The position numbers and the translations under genes are program-made. A DNA stretch of 63,767 nt, counting the filler, from Olpidium bornovanus S191 (taxonomy: Eukaryota > Fungi > Olpidiomycota), in the NCBI GenBank assembly GCA_017911155.1. It is 33 parts of 33 records of this genome, joined end to end, with 100 filler letters (N's around TTAATTAATTAA, not from the genome) between each part and the next. Parts side by side here need not be neighbours in the genome. Positions count along the whole stretch, not along the records: positions 7,406 to 10,249 come from JAEFCI010010158.1; positions 10,350 to 12,158 come from JAEFCI010011069.1; positions 12,259 to 13,274 come from JAEFCI010011576.1; positions 13,375 to 14,516 come from JAEFCI010009803.1; positions 14,617 to 16,466 come from JAEFCI010001414.1; positions 16,567 to 17,785 come from JAEFCI010004995.1; positions 17,886 to 19,048 come from JAEFCI010006430.1; positions 19,149 to 20,216 come from JAEFCI010001150.1; 25 more parts are not named here. One strand, given 5' to 3'. Every line of letters starts with the position of its first letter. Position 1 is the stretch's first letter. Under the pieces are notes generated by a model. It was given only the letters and a program-made list of their open reading frames with translations. It did not search any database and was not told the DNA's origin. Shown piece by piece: positions 10,201 through 21,746 of this stretch.

Positions 10201-11953
10201 GTGATCGGTGCAAATTCCACCGACACGTCGAGTATCTCGTCAGGTGGACNNNNNNNNNNNNNNNNNNNNNNNNNNNNNNNNNNNNNNNNNNNNTTAATTA
10301 ATTAANNNNNNNNNNNNNNNNNNNNNNNNNNNNNNNNNNNNNNNNNNNNAAGATCGGCGTGGAGACGGCGAGAATTGAAAGGAAACAACAAGCGCCTTCG
10401 ACGTGACCGCCGACGGGACAACCTGAAAACGACGGACTGTGGGCTAATGGTGCAAGGTAACAGTGTCATGCCTGCGACTGCGGCTGTGCCGCACTTGACA
10501 CGGCCGGCGGCCATAAAAAGACGGCACGGCACGCACTGTTTCCGGTAGTCATGTGCAGTATCTGGTGAACTCTTTCGGGAAACGCCGCTATGTTTGCTGC
10601 ACCCTGCTGTTCACAGCCGTGCTGCAGGGAGGTATGTTGTTCGGTGAGATGCTTGGAGGTAACCCACTCGAGGGGACGAAAGTAAACGCGTTGGCTCGAT
10701 CGATTTGGCACGACGAACCCGACGGAAGCTAGGGGGAAGGTTTGTGCGTAGATTGCTCGAGTCCGCACAAAGCCCCACAATCAGCGGCACTGTTGTTTGG
10801 CTCATATCTATTGAGCTGTTTATCACTGTTTATCAATGGGACCCTAGAGCAGCGCTTCACCTGGCTGGCTATCCGGGCCTATCCGGCTCGCCCGCTTCGG
10901 GCGGATGCAGATCAAAAAACATAACAGAAAAAAATTGGAGGAACGATGCTGAGTTTCGCAGTACCCATTTTTGGTTGTAGATAAACACGACAGCTACCAC
11001 CATATGGCAAGATTCAAAACATGTTTTGGCCGCTGGGACACGGGTTCTTAGCAGTATCAGCCATTGACATTAACAGACGGCAACAAAACAGGTCTGCTTA
11101 CCAATAATAGCCCAGGAGAAACTCCCACGGTAAAAATTGTCATTCACATTAGTAACAAAGCACCTTACACAGTTCAAACTGTGGTACTTGCGAATGATGA
11201 CTCTCGGTGGGTGCTTGATCGCTCTGAAGCGCTCGGGTCGTACCGCCGATTGATGCTGGGGTCGGTGCCCTCTGCAGAAGGCACGTCGATGGAGACAAAC
11301 CTGCCGTCTAGCAGCTGCTCGGCGTGGACGACGGATGGTGTCCTGGACACAGAGCGCAGCGTTGGCTTGCTGACGGGCCCTGCGACCGTCAGCCACCTGT
11401 CGTTGCGAGCCACATACCAGTACGACCCGGCATCAACCTGCCAGCAGTGTTCGCCAGGCGCTCGTTGGCAAGGCGCTCGTTTGTTCCAGGGAAACGTGAA
11501 AAGCGTCCTTTCAGAACGCTTTTCCTTCTTCAATCCGGTTTGGGGCTGCGCAGAGCGGCGCTTGCGCGACGTGGCCGCGTGACTCGCAGAGCGCTTGCTC
11601 TGCTGCGCGCCCCGCCGTCTCTTTTCGACCGGAAGCGGGGAAACGAGGACGCGTCCGATTTGCCGTAAGCCCGCCGTACGACGGGCATAAGAAGCAGCGC
11701 GTATCCGACTCGCGTTCGACAACGTCTGCGACAGGCTCTCGTCGAGAGCGCCCTGGGAGTCGTCTGTTTTGGTTGCGACCGCGTCCTGCCCGCCTCGAGC
11801 CATCCCGACCCCTCGGTTTTCCGGAGCCCGCTGCCTGACAACTCCCCACCACCCCGCTAATCACCGTCGCCAACGGACGTTTCCGGGCACCTCGTCCGGG
11901 CCCCCCGCGGTTTGGACCTCGTGCCGGCCGGCGCGCACCATTTTTGTCAGGTT

Positions 11954-11988
<35 letters not shown>

Positions 11989-12105
11989 GGGGGGGGGGGG
12001 TGCTTGCCGGGAGGAGGCCCCCCCCTCGGCCCGGCCCGGGAGAGGGAGGCACGGGAGTCGTCGTCAGGAAACACGAAATCAAATCGCCTGCCTCCCCCGC
12101 TGCGG

Positions 12106-12149
<44 letters not shown>

Positions 12150-12258
12150 GGCAATCGGNNNNNNNNNNNNNNNNNNNNNNNNNNNNNNNNNNNNNNNNNN
12201 NNTTAATTAATTAANNNNNNNNNNNNNNNNNNNNNNNNNNNNNNNNNNNNNNNNNNNN

Positions 12259-12660
12259 CCACAGAGGTTACTGCCGCGGATGCCCGTTCACGTCCGAGGG
12301 TCTCGCCCTTTCACTGGCGACCTCGCACTCCAGGATCTTCTTCCCAACGGCTAACATCTGGGAAGCGCCGCAGAACATGTACACCGAGATCCTGCCGGGC
12401 ATCTGGTACACGTCACTGTTGCGTAACACCGGCCACTTGGACGTGATCCCGAACTTTAAAATCATCGTCGGGGAGTTGGCGACACTCGCCAAAGACTGGG
12501 TTATCGGTAAGCTCCGCCTGCCATCGTCGCCGTCCCCAACGGTTTTAAACCCAATGGTGCCGCTCGTCGCCACCTGCGCGAGAGACCGGGTCCTGGACGA
12601 CGTTTTCGACTGGCTGGCCCGCGTGGACGCCGAGGCCACGAAAATCACTCAACCATCGGA
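12259..12660 (+). CDS. Hypothetical protein fragment
   Basis: Open from the contig edge with coding-like codon usage (RIFFPTANIWEAPQNMYTEILPGIWYTSLLRN...). No family recognised. Confidence 0.3.
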
Positions 12661-14266
12661 AATGCCGGCGGCGGTGGTGCACCGGCAGAAAACGGCCCGT
12701 CGCCGGTCCTCGATGGCGCATCGTAGGGACAGCGCTCCGGAATCCGGGCCGGTGCCCGGCTATCGCCGAAGGAGTGCGACCGCAACCTGCGGCTTCGCGA
12801 CCGGCTTCGCGACCACGCCCACGCAGAGCTACAGCTCGCAGCGTAGATTTTCGCTTCGTAAGCCGCCGCGATCAGGGTAATCATCCCGCAAACGTCCGCA
12901 ACAAAAAAAAAGAAGTTGGCAACGAAGAAAGAGCGTTACTCGACATATCAGAATAGTCTCTACGCCACGTATTGTGCCGTGTCGTTTCCTGTCTGTAATC
13001 TCTCATCACCATATGGCCGTTAACGCGCGTTAATTGGAACCGGGCGATGCGAAAAACTACGAAAGCGCCGGCCGGGGAACGGGGAGATCAAGATAAAACG
13101 CGGCATTGAGGCCACTTTTTTAAGGAATTTTGCTATTGCCGATGGGAAAAGCTCATGCCGTTGAGCCGAGGGACACGACCTGCGTGTACGCTTGATCTTG
13201 CTAATGTGACTGGCTTGAAGCCGGTGCTAACTGGTTGCTTGCACTGTAGCATAATTGATAGCGGCCAGCTGCGGNNNNNNNNNNNNNNNNNNNNNNNNNN
13301 NNNNNNNNNNNNNNNNNNTTAATTAATTAANNNNNNNNNNNNNNNNNNNNNNNNNNNNNNNNNNNNNNNNNNNNCATGAAGTAGCGGGAAGGGAAAAATG
13401 TACCGAGGGACAGACGAAGAAGAAGAACCGGTCTGCTTCTACGTTGCGCACATCAACAGACGAGAACATTCTCCCGCCAGCTCACAATAGAACGGGAGGA
13501 GGAAGTGGTTTTTGGCGGTGTTGCGGCAGGATTCTGGTGACCGGTGTTGCGAGCAGAGGGGACATGTAGGACGACGACAGAACAATGTCCAGCGCGAGTT
13601 CCTCCTTCATCTCGATATGGCAGGACCTTCAGTTCCAGGCACTATCAGATCGCCGCGACCTCAGTCGTCGAGGCCACTTTGACCAGGTCGCCATGGTGAT
13701 AATCTGCGTAAATCAACCCGCCAGGCTAAGGATGCATTTAGCCGGTGTGAGGGTAGCATCGGCTTCGTAATGGCTGCCGTCAGGTTGCCGTCAATAAGGG
13801 GGAAGGGTGGCGGACGGTTTGGTTTAGGCCGTGTCTGGTTTGTTTGAGAACTTATCTCAAACTGCAGTACGATGAACATGGAGAAATGGGAAACGGCCGG
13901 GTTGAGCCAGAGGCACGGCTGGACCATTGCCACCCGCGCTCCGCCCATAGCCCACCATTATAAACACTGGCAGGAGCAAGGGCTGCGAGCACATTGCGCG
14001 TGCATTGCTTACTGGGCCTGGGGTGGCGGCGTAGGCATTGATTGCTGACGCTTGGCGGGTCGCCAGGTGGGGGATGACGCGGGAGTGCGCGTGTTCTTTT
14101 GCGTGCGTGCGTGCGTGTTGTTTGTGGGAGTGTGCGCCTCCCGCGCTCGCTCTCGGCTCCGCCCGCGCGCCGCCCGCCGCCCGCCGCTTCCCCGTTGCGA
14201 ACGGGGCACGCACGCCGACGCCCGCACGCATAATAACACGCCGAGGGCGGGCGAGCGAGAGGGAGA

Positions 14267-14317
<51 letters not shown>

Positions 14318-14616
14318 AACCCTCCCCCCAACCGCCCGCCCGCCCGCCCCCATCCGCCAGTTGCCGCGGTGCACCCACGCTGGCCCCGCGGGAAAAACCA
14401 TCGTCGCTCTGCTTCTCTCTCCCTCTCTCTCTCTCTCTCCTCCGTTCCCCCCTCCTTTCTCCCCTCCCACCTTCCCCTCCCACCTTCCCCTCCCACCTTC
14501 CCCTCCCACCTTCCCCNNNNNNNNNNNNNNNNNNNNNNNNNNNNNNNNNNNNNNNNNNNNTTAATTAATTAANNNNNNNNNNNNNNNNNNNNNNNNNNNN
14601 NNNNNNNNNNNNNNNN

Positions 14617-16296
14617 ATGGGCGAGACCTTGTTCCGCGCGGGCTAATGTCAGCGTCCCAAATGTAGACTTTCTCGACGAACGCGATGATAACTCACAAGG
14701 CGGTTCAGCTCGTTTGAGCAGCCTACGCGATTTCATGTTGACAAGGTTGAAATCCGGGCATTTCCTCCGGAAGTGCCGCGCAATGGCCGGAGGGTGCCAT
14801 ACCCAGAGCGCGCGCGCCCCGAGGGAGCCCTCGAACCATTCTCTGGCGATGCTGAACTCGGCCGCCGTCTCCGGCGACGGCAGGCAGCTGTCGGGCATGT
14901 CGGCCAGAACTTCGGAGAAAAACCTGTCTTCCGGCAGGTCGTCGTCAAAAGCGGCCTCGGCGGGCGCTGCCAAGACCGGCGCGGGGCCTTCCCCCTCCGC
15001 GAGCTTCGGCCCGTGCTGCGGTTGCTCCGCGACGCTCGGCGGCAGGCCCGCCCCGTGCGCGGCGGCGGCGGTCGGCGAGCGGGACTCCGCCGCGGCGCCC
15101 GCGGGTCGGGCGGCCGTCGCTCGGCGCTCCTGCAGCAGTTCTATCGCGGCCAGCATCTTCGAGCGCCGCCGGATGGACAGCCCCCCGTCGTACACGAGCT
15201 TCCCGTTTTCCACGTGGGGGGCGCCGATGAAGTCGTAGTGCAAGTAGTTGTCGATGTTGCGAGGGCTCGAAGAGCATAACGCCGAGTCCGTGCGGAAGAC
15301 GAGGACGTGCTCCTCGGACAACTGCCGCCACAGCCACGGGTCCTTGAACAGGCGGGAAACACCTGGTAAAAACAGGGACGACGGACGGTGTGAACGGGTG
15401 AGACGCGGGGCCAACCAGAGCGCTCTCGCGCGATAGCGAGAAATGAACACGCACCAGCCTCGGACTCGATCGAGAACGTGTCCGGCACCCGCACAAGTCT
15501 GAGCTGACCGACAGCAGCCCACCGGGCCAGGATGGTGGACGAGTTGAGCTTATGCGAGTTGGCCTCTCCGTGGAAGATCACGAACTTCCATTCCGGCAAA
15601 ATGGCCAGGAATTGACAGATCACGGGTATCAGCTCAACGGCGTCAGACCCGTCTACCATGATGGCCACCTTGTCGTTCGGTGCCACCGGGGCGTCCAACA
15701 CCTGCTCATTTTCACGAGCGGCCGGCAAGGGGCCAAAAGCAAGTTCGAAAAAAGCGCAGGATCCCGGGCAACAGCGATGAGCATAACGGTCCACGACGCA
15801 GGCGCAGAGTAGAAGTCCTGCAGGCCTCAGTGCCCGCCAACGAGAAGATACGGCTTACGCTGTAGTTCATTCTTGCGCAATACGCCGGCTTTCTGGTGGA
15901 CCACGGATTGGGCGGCCCTGGCCTGTTAAAAACGTTCTGGTACGTCTGCAGATACCCACGCGGCTACCGGTGGTCAACCGACAGAAAAGCCGGGAGGCTC
16001 CCGGTTCTACTTCGGGTTCCACCCCCCCTCCATCATCCGCTCCTTTTGGCCCGGGACGTCGACGAGGGCGTCCGGCCGCTCACCTGAAGGACCCTGGGTG
16101 TCATGTCCACCGAAACCGCCGCAGCGGGCAACCGGGACTTGGCCGCGTCGCCGCCGCTGCCGCCAATGTGTCGAAAGGCGAGGCCCCGGCTAAAGACCTG
16201 CATCGACACGACATAGCACGCCGCGGCCAGTGCGGCGAACAGGAGCAGTTGCCGCCGGGGCGTCCAGGACTGCTGGAACATGCGCGAGACAGCCAT
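14617..16296 (-). CDS. DUF5672-family glycosyltransferase-like type II membrane protein (spliced, 3' partial)
   Basis: N-terminal anchor RRQLLLFAALAAACYVV, then KVAIMVD...FLAILPEWKFVIFHG, EHVLVFRTDSALC...YDFIGAP...DGGLSIRRRS and EDRFFS...LPSPETAAEFS. Confidence 0.75.
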
Positions 16297-16566
16297 GCAC
16301 GGGGGTTACCTCCTCCTCCTCCTCCTCCTCCTCCTCCTCCTCGGCCCGGCGCCTTTCTACGGGCGGTACGGTTCCCGCGCGCGCGTGCACTTGAGGTTGC
16401 GGCGCGCGCAAGGCAACGCGGCGGCGGCCCGAACGAAGGAAGGGGGGGGGGGGGGGGGGGGGCCCGNNNNNNNNNNNNNNNNNNNNNNNNNNNNNNNNNN
16501 NNNNNNNNNNTTAATTAATTAANNNNNNNNNNNNNNNNNNNNNNNNNNNNNNNNNNNNNNNNNNNN

Positions 16567-16937
16567 CATGGGCGAGTTCACAGGCGGCGTTCAACGCTCG
16601 CGTGTTCCGCCGCAACGCCGACGGGCGCTTCGTTGGCACCGGCCAACGCAGCCTATTCTCCCCGTCCTCTCCGACGCGATCCAGCTGCGCCTTCCCTATT
16701 TTTACACATCGCCGTCCGGATGGGGGCGCAGGAGCGTGGCCGATTATGGACTGCGTCGGGCACCCGTTCGCTAAAGGGGCCACCGTTTGCATCGAGGAGC
16801 CCGGCAATCTCACGCTGCGGGCCTATGTCGAACGCGTCGCGCGGCTGCTCAGCCTGCGACTCGGCGGCACGTTTGCGGAGCCGCTGCAGTATTGCTATGC
16901 GGATACAAAAACAGCAATAGCCCCCGGCGAATGCTGA
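16567..16937 (+). CDS. Hypothetical protein, terminal fragment
   Basis: Open from the contig edge: ...DCVGHPFAKGATVCIEEPGNLTLRAYVERVARLLSLRLGG.... Unassigned. Confidence 0.3.
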
Positions 16938-17548
16938 CGGTTCGCGCATCCCGAAAGCAATAACGGCGTAATTGCTTTTCGCGCCTGGAGGGAAGGGGAG
17001 GGGAGAGAGAAATAGATGTTCCTGCAGAGAGATGCGCGCTGTTTGTTTTCCGGACACTTGAAAATGCGCTCCGCACCTTTCTTCTTTTTTGCTCCGTGAC
17101 AGCGAGTGGAGCAGCGGAAAAACAAAAGTTTGCATCCTTTTCATAATCTTTCATTGTGCAAAAAAACTTTTATCAAATTGTCGTTACGAGACTGTCAATA
17201 CGAGAGCACTCTTCGGTCGCCTGGTCAAAAAGCGCATACCTGCACAAACCGGAGGGGCGGTGCGTACGTTAGAGCGGATTCAAAGACAGAACCCACAAAC
17301 AAAGTAGAAGGGTCTTCGCCCCTTTCCTTGCTTCCCGACAGTGCTCGTTCCCGCAGGGCGCGCCCGCCGCTTCTTCCCAGTTGCCGGGGAAGGAGACGAG
17401 CATGAGCCAGGCCAGATCTGAGGAAACAAGCTGCGCAGGCCTTTTTTCTCTGCAGTTGGGAGGGCCTCGAGCCGTGGCCAGCGTCCCGACGCCCGTGCGC
17501 GTTGTCTGCCGGGCACGCCAACGCCGGCGCGATGCGCGCAGCCCTGTT

Positions 17549-17683
17549 AGCACGTGACCTGGAACCGCGCGGGCCGCACACGCGCAGGCGAGTCGGGCAC
17601 CAACACGCGGCGAACGCAGGGCGCACCCGCGCTTCGTAACGCGGACTAGCACGCTCACGTGGCCCATGCCCAAACCACACGTG
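17549..17683. promoter_or_regulatory. Cluster of three CACGTG E-boxes
   Basis: CACGTG at 17551, 17656 and 17678 in non-coding DNA. Confidence 0.3.
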
Positions 17684-17974
17684 GGTTCATACCTGGATCC
17701 GGGCCGATTCACCTCAAATCCCAATGGTGAGTCGTGATCGCTAATCGCGAGTTAGAGCATTTTTCTAGACGTTTCTTTGATATACNNNNNNNNNNNNNNN
17801 NNNNNNNNNNNNNNNNNNNNNNNNNNNNNTTAATTAATTAANNNNNNNNNNNNNNNNNNNNNNNNNNNNNNNNNNNNNNNNNNNNCATGAGAGCAAAAGT
17901 AGCAGGTTCTTCGGTGTGGTTGATTCTTACATCCTGTCAAATCAGGGGGGGTGGATGTGGTGTGAACTTTGTTC

Positions 17975-18215
17975 ACTTCGATTTTGATTTTCTCTTATTA
18001 CTTTGATTTTATTCTGTTTTGATTTCGATTGTACTTTGGTCGATTTACTTCGATTTTATTCTGTTTCGATTTTGATTATATTTTGCTTGATTTCGATTTG
18101 TGGACTTTATTCGCTTCTATTTTGATTTATTCTGTTTTGATTTTGACTTTATTTTGTTTCGATTTTGATTGTACTTTATTCGATTTGATTTCATTCTATT
18201 CCCGTTCGATTCTGT
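17975..18215. repeat. T-rich degenerate repeat (TTCGATTTTGATT-like)
   Basis: Many short GATTTT/TTCGAT units and far lower GC than the flanks. Confidence 0.8.
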
Positions 18216-18489
18216 AGCCTCTGATTTGAGTCTGCCCCCTTCGAGTCGCCTTTCTATTGCTTCTCGATTTTGATTTACGCGTAGCGATAGTTTACGCGTT
18301 CGACGGCTGTACGCAGATAGATTTTCTTTCTCCCCCCCCGAGCTCGAATGCACCAAACGAACAAAACCGAACGTAGAACCGAACGCAATAAAAGCAACGA
18401 ACTCGCGATCTTCCCAAAGGAAACTCGGGCCATCGAGTGCTCGTTTTCCGCACCTCACTGTCACCCACCCCGACTCGCTACCATCGACC

Positions 18490-18940
18490 GAGGATGTCTT
18501 TGAAGTCGACCGCATTATGGATTGCTGACGACAGCACGGACGCGTGCAGTACCTCGTCCAATGGAAGGGGTACGACGTATCCGAGAACACGTGGGAGCCC
18601 GCCGAACATCTTCGCGGCGCCCGCCAAGCCGTCCGCGACTTCCAAGGACGGACCCGGGTGGGTCCTTAAACTGCCTGCGGCCTCCCTCAACAAGCCGCGA
18701 CTGTGACCCGGGTAGGTCATAAAACTGCCTCCGGCAACTGAACCGCGCCGGGACCAAGCCTTGACGACCTTCGCACATCTCAAAAACTGCCCCGACAAGA
18801 CTGTGGACCCCCTCGAGTCCAAGGAGGGACTTGGGTAGGTCCGTAAACTGCCCACGACAGCCGATCGTGCCCCGGGGCCCCATCCCGCCCCGAGGCCGTG
18901 ATCCACGACACGGGGCAGGGGGGGGGGGGTGCCATAGCTG
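18490..18940 (+). mobile_element. 3' end of a chromovirus (Ty3/gypsy): chromodomain, ~60-bp repeats, PPT, LTR start
   Basis: [37 protein letters not shown] is a chromodomain with an in-frame TGA at 18526. A G-rich PPT at 18912-18929 is followed directly by TG. Confidence 0.8.
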
Positions 18941-19148
18941 AGGAGTACAACACCCCCGCCCCCGGCCGCGTCCCCCCGCGATGCGGCCTCGTCGCGGAAA
19001 ATGGGGCATACCCCCCCCCCCCCCCCCCCCCGCCGCCCCCCCCGCCGCNNNNNNNNNNNNNNNNNNNNNNNNNNNNNNNNNNNNNNNNNNNNTTAATTAA
19101 TTAANNNNNNNNNNNNNNNNNNNNNNNNNNNNNNNNNNNNNNNNNNNN

Positions 19149-20023
19149 CATGCGCGCATTATCGCCCGGTTACCCAGCCAGATCGAGTGCGAAACCTTTT
19201 CGCTTCCCGTCGCGCACGCAATAAAGGCTCTCTGGGCCGACGCCGGCGTCCGCGAGTGCTTTGCCCGCAGCAGGGAATACCAGCTTAATGACTCCGCGAA
19301 ATAGTGGGTTTCGAAACGGCAGTGGGCGAGCTTGGGCCAAAGGCGCCTCGGTCTCGGAAGACGGGGCCCGGCCGAAAATTTTGACGCGAGGTCTGACGCG
19401 CCGATGTCCCCGTCCGCAGCTTTTTTGATTCCGCCGACCGCATATTCCGACCGGGGTACCTCCCGGAAAACGACGACGTCCTCCGATCCCGCGTGAAGAC
19501 CACGGGGATCACCGAGACCACGTTCCACATCGGCGACCTGGTCTACCGGCTGTTCGACGTGGGGGGCCAGCGGTCCGAGCGGAAGAAATGGATCCACTGC
19601 TTCGAGAACGTGACGGCGATCATATTCCTCGTTGCCATCTCGGAGTACGACCAGGTGCTCATCGAGGACGAGAGCGTCAACCGGATGCAGGAGGCCCTCA
19701 CGCTCTTCGACTCAATCTGCAACTCGCGCTGGTTCGTCAGTACGTCGCTGATCCTTTTCCTGAACAAGGTCGATTTGTTCAAGGAGAAGCTCTCCGTCTC
19801 GCCGCTGTCGAAGTCGTTCCCTAACTACACGGGCGACAACCTGTTCGAGCCTGCGGCAGATTACATCCTGCACCGCTTCGTGTCGTTAAACCGGTCAGAT
19901 ACCAAACACGTATACACGCACTTCACCTGCGCCACTGACACGCTGCAAATCAAGTTCGTCATGGCGGCCGTGAACGACATTATCGTGCACGAAAATCTCC
20001 GCCAGGCGGGCTTGCTCGGATAA
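19149..20023 (+). CDS. Heterotrimeric G-protein alpha subunit, Gi/FadA-like (5' partial)
   Basis: [10 protein letters not shown]|[35 protein letters not shown] and TCATDT. Intron at 19304-19419. Confidence 0.97.
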
Positions 20024-21746
20024 GACCCTTTTCTTTTCTCGCATATTTTTGTCGAACAGTTTTTAAACTCACCGTTTCACGCAGACCATACGCGTCATGC
20101 CATCCTTCCCACTCTGGTGGTTTTTTGAATTCATTTTTAGTTTCCCCTTCTTCACAAAATGGCTTCCACTGCCGAGTGGCGCTGCACATCTCATATCAGT
20201 CGCATCTCATATTACANNNNNNNNNNNNNNNNNNNNNNNNNNNNNNNNNNNNNNNNNNNNTTAATTAATTAANNNNNNNNNNNNNNNNNNNNNNNNNNNN
20301 NNNNNNNNNNNNNNNNACTAATGGGATAGATCGGACGTTCAGTGGCAGCAGTAGCAAAGAAAAATGGCAGAATCTAGCACACAAAACTTTTAACCGTCAA
20401 AAACACCCGCGCTTCGAACCAAAAAGCATTCGCATGATTCGGGGTTATTTGGATCAAATTTCACCCGCTCGCGTGTCTTTGAAATGCCCGGCACTTTTAC
20501 CCTTTTTTGAGGAACTAATGCTGGTGGGCCAGTTCGGCTAAAATGGTTTTAGAATTAGAATTCTACTCCTTTTGGTGGTGGTCTTGGCACATGACGTTTC
20601 TGATATAAATTTCCTCTCGGAAAAAGCGGCATTATTCTTTCTTTATTAACTAGCAAAAATAAATGTCACCATTTGAAGATTATAATAACCTTGGTACTTT
20701 CTTCAAAGGGCAAAAGTTAGTGGAAGTTCCGGCTTTTCACTGAATGTTTTGCCGGACCAAAAACATCCCGATTTCGACTAGCCTAAACAATCGATGAGAT
20801 TCTCAGGCGTCGGGTGGGGCGAAGGGTGAGGGGGGGAGGGGGGCGGGGGGGTGGGCGGAGGGGGCGCGAATGGGGAAGACGCGGGTTGCTTGACGGAAGT
20901 TGGTGGGGGGCACGTGGGAGATCAGGGACGTCCGTCGATGCCGGCAAAAGAGAAAAGAGAGAGAGAGAGAGAGATCAGTTGCGCGCGCGCGCGATGGCGC
21001 GGAGCGAAAAAAAAAAAAAAACACCGACAAAAAATGGTTCCCAAGCCGCCGTTTGCCCGGGACAAACGCCGCGCATGAACGCATCCTCTCAACAGGCGGG
21101 CCTTAGATAAATTAAACGGGTAGATAGGGGTGCGGCCGCGTTTCCCCGCGCGTGTCGTTCATGCTTTCGCCCGAAAACGGGGTGGAATTATCGGGAAAGA
21201 ATCAAAAAAAAAAACTGTCAACAAGGGAAGACGAGTTAAGAAGCATGAAAAGACGAAGGCTTCAAAGCAGATTGAAAAAACTAAGGAAGACAAAATAAAA
21301 GGAACTGGATGTGATCGACGGTCCCATTTCCCCGAAGGTAGCAAAAAAAAAAAAAGGCAGCAGAGGTCGTTCTCTCCGGCAAGATCGTTCCGCCAAATTT
21401 GATTGCGATCTACGGAGACACAAATTTCTCGTTGTTCGTCGCATAACAGGGCGTTTACGGTAAAACGCGGGTGGGTGGAATGGGGTTTGGGGGAGTTTAT
21501 GCAAGGCCGCTGCGTCGGGAAAGCTTCGAGCAGGATGACCGTGCAGAAGGAACAATGAAAAAAAAAATAGGGTAAGAGAAAGGAGGTAAAACGCATGNNN
21601 NNNNNNNNNNNNNNNNNNNNNNNNNNNNNNNNNNNNNNNNNTTAATTAATTAANNNNNNNNNNNNNNNNNNNNNNNNNNNNNNNNNNNNNNNNNNNNCAT
21701 GGTTTATCCCTTTTTCCCTTCGTACCTTTCTTTCCCCCTCCACTAC

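Noticed and set aside
10350-12158. Possible spliced gene on the minus strand (WQVDAGSYWYVARNDRW...)
   Set aside because: Neither strand nor exon structure could be resolved and no family was recognised, so it is not listed as a feature.
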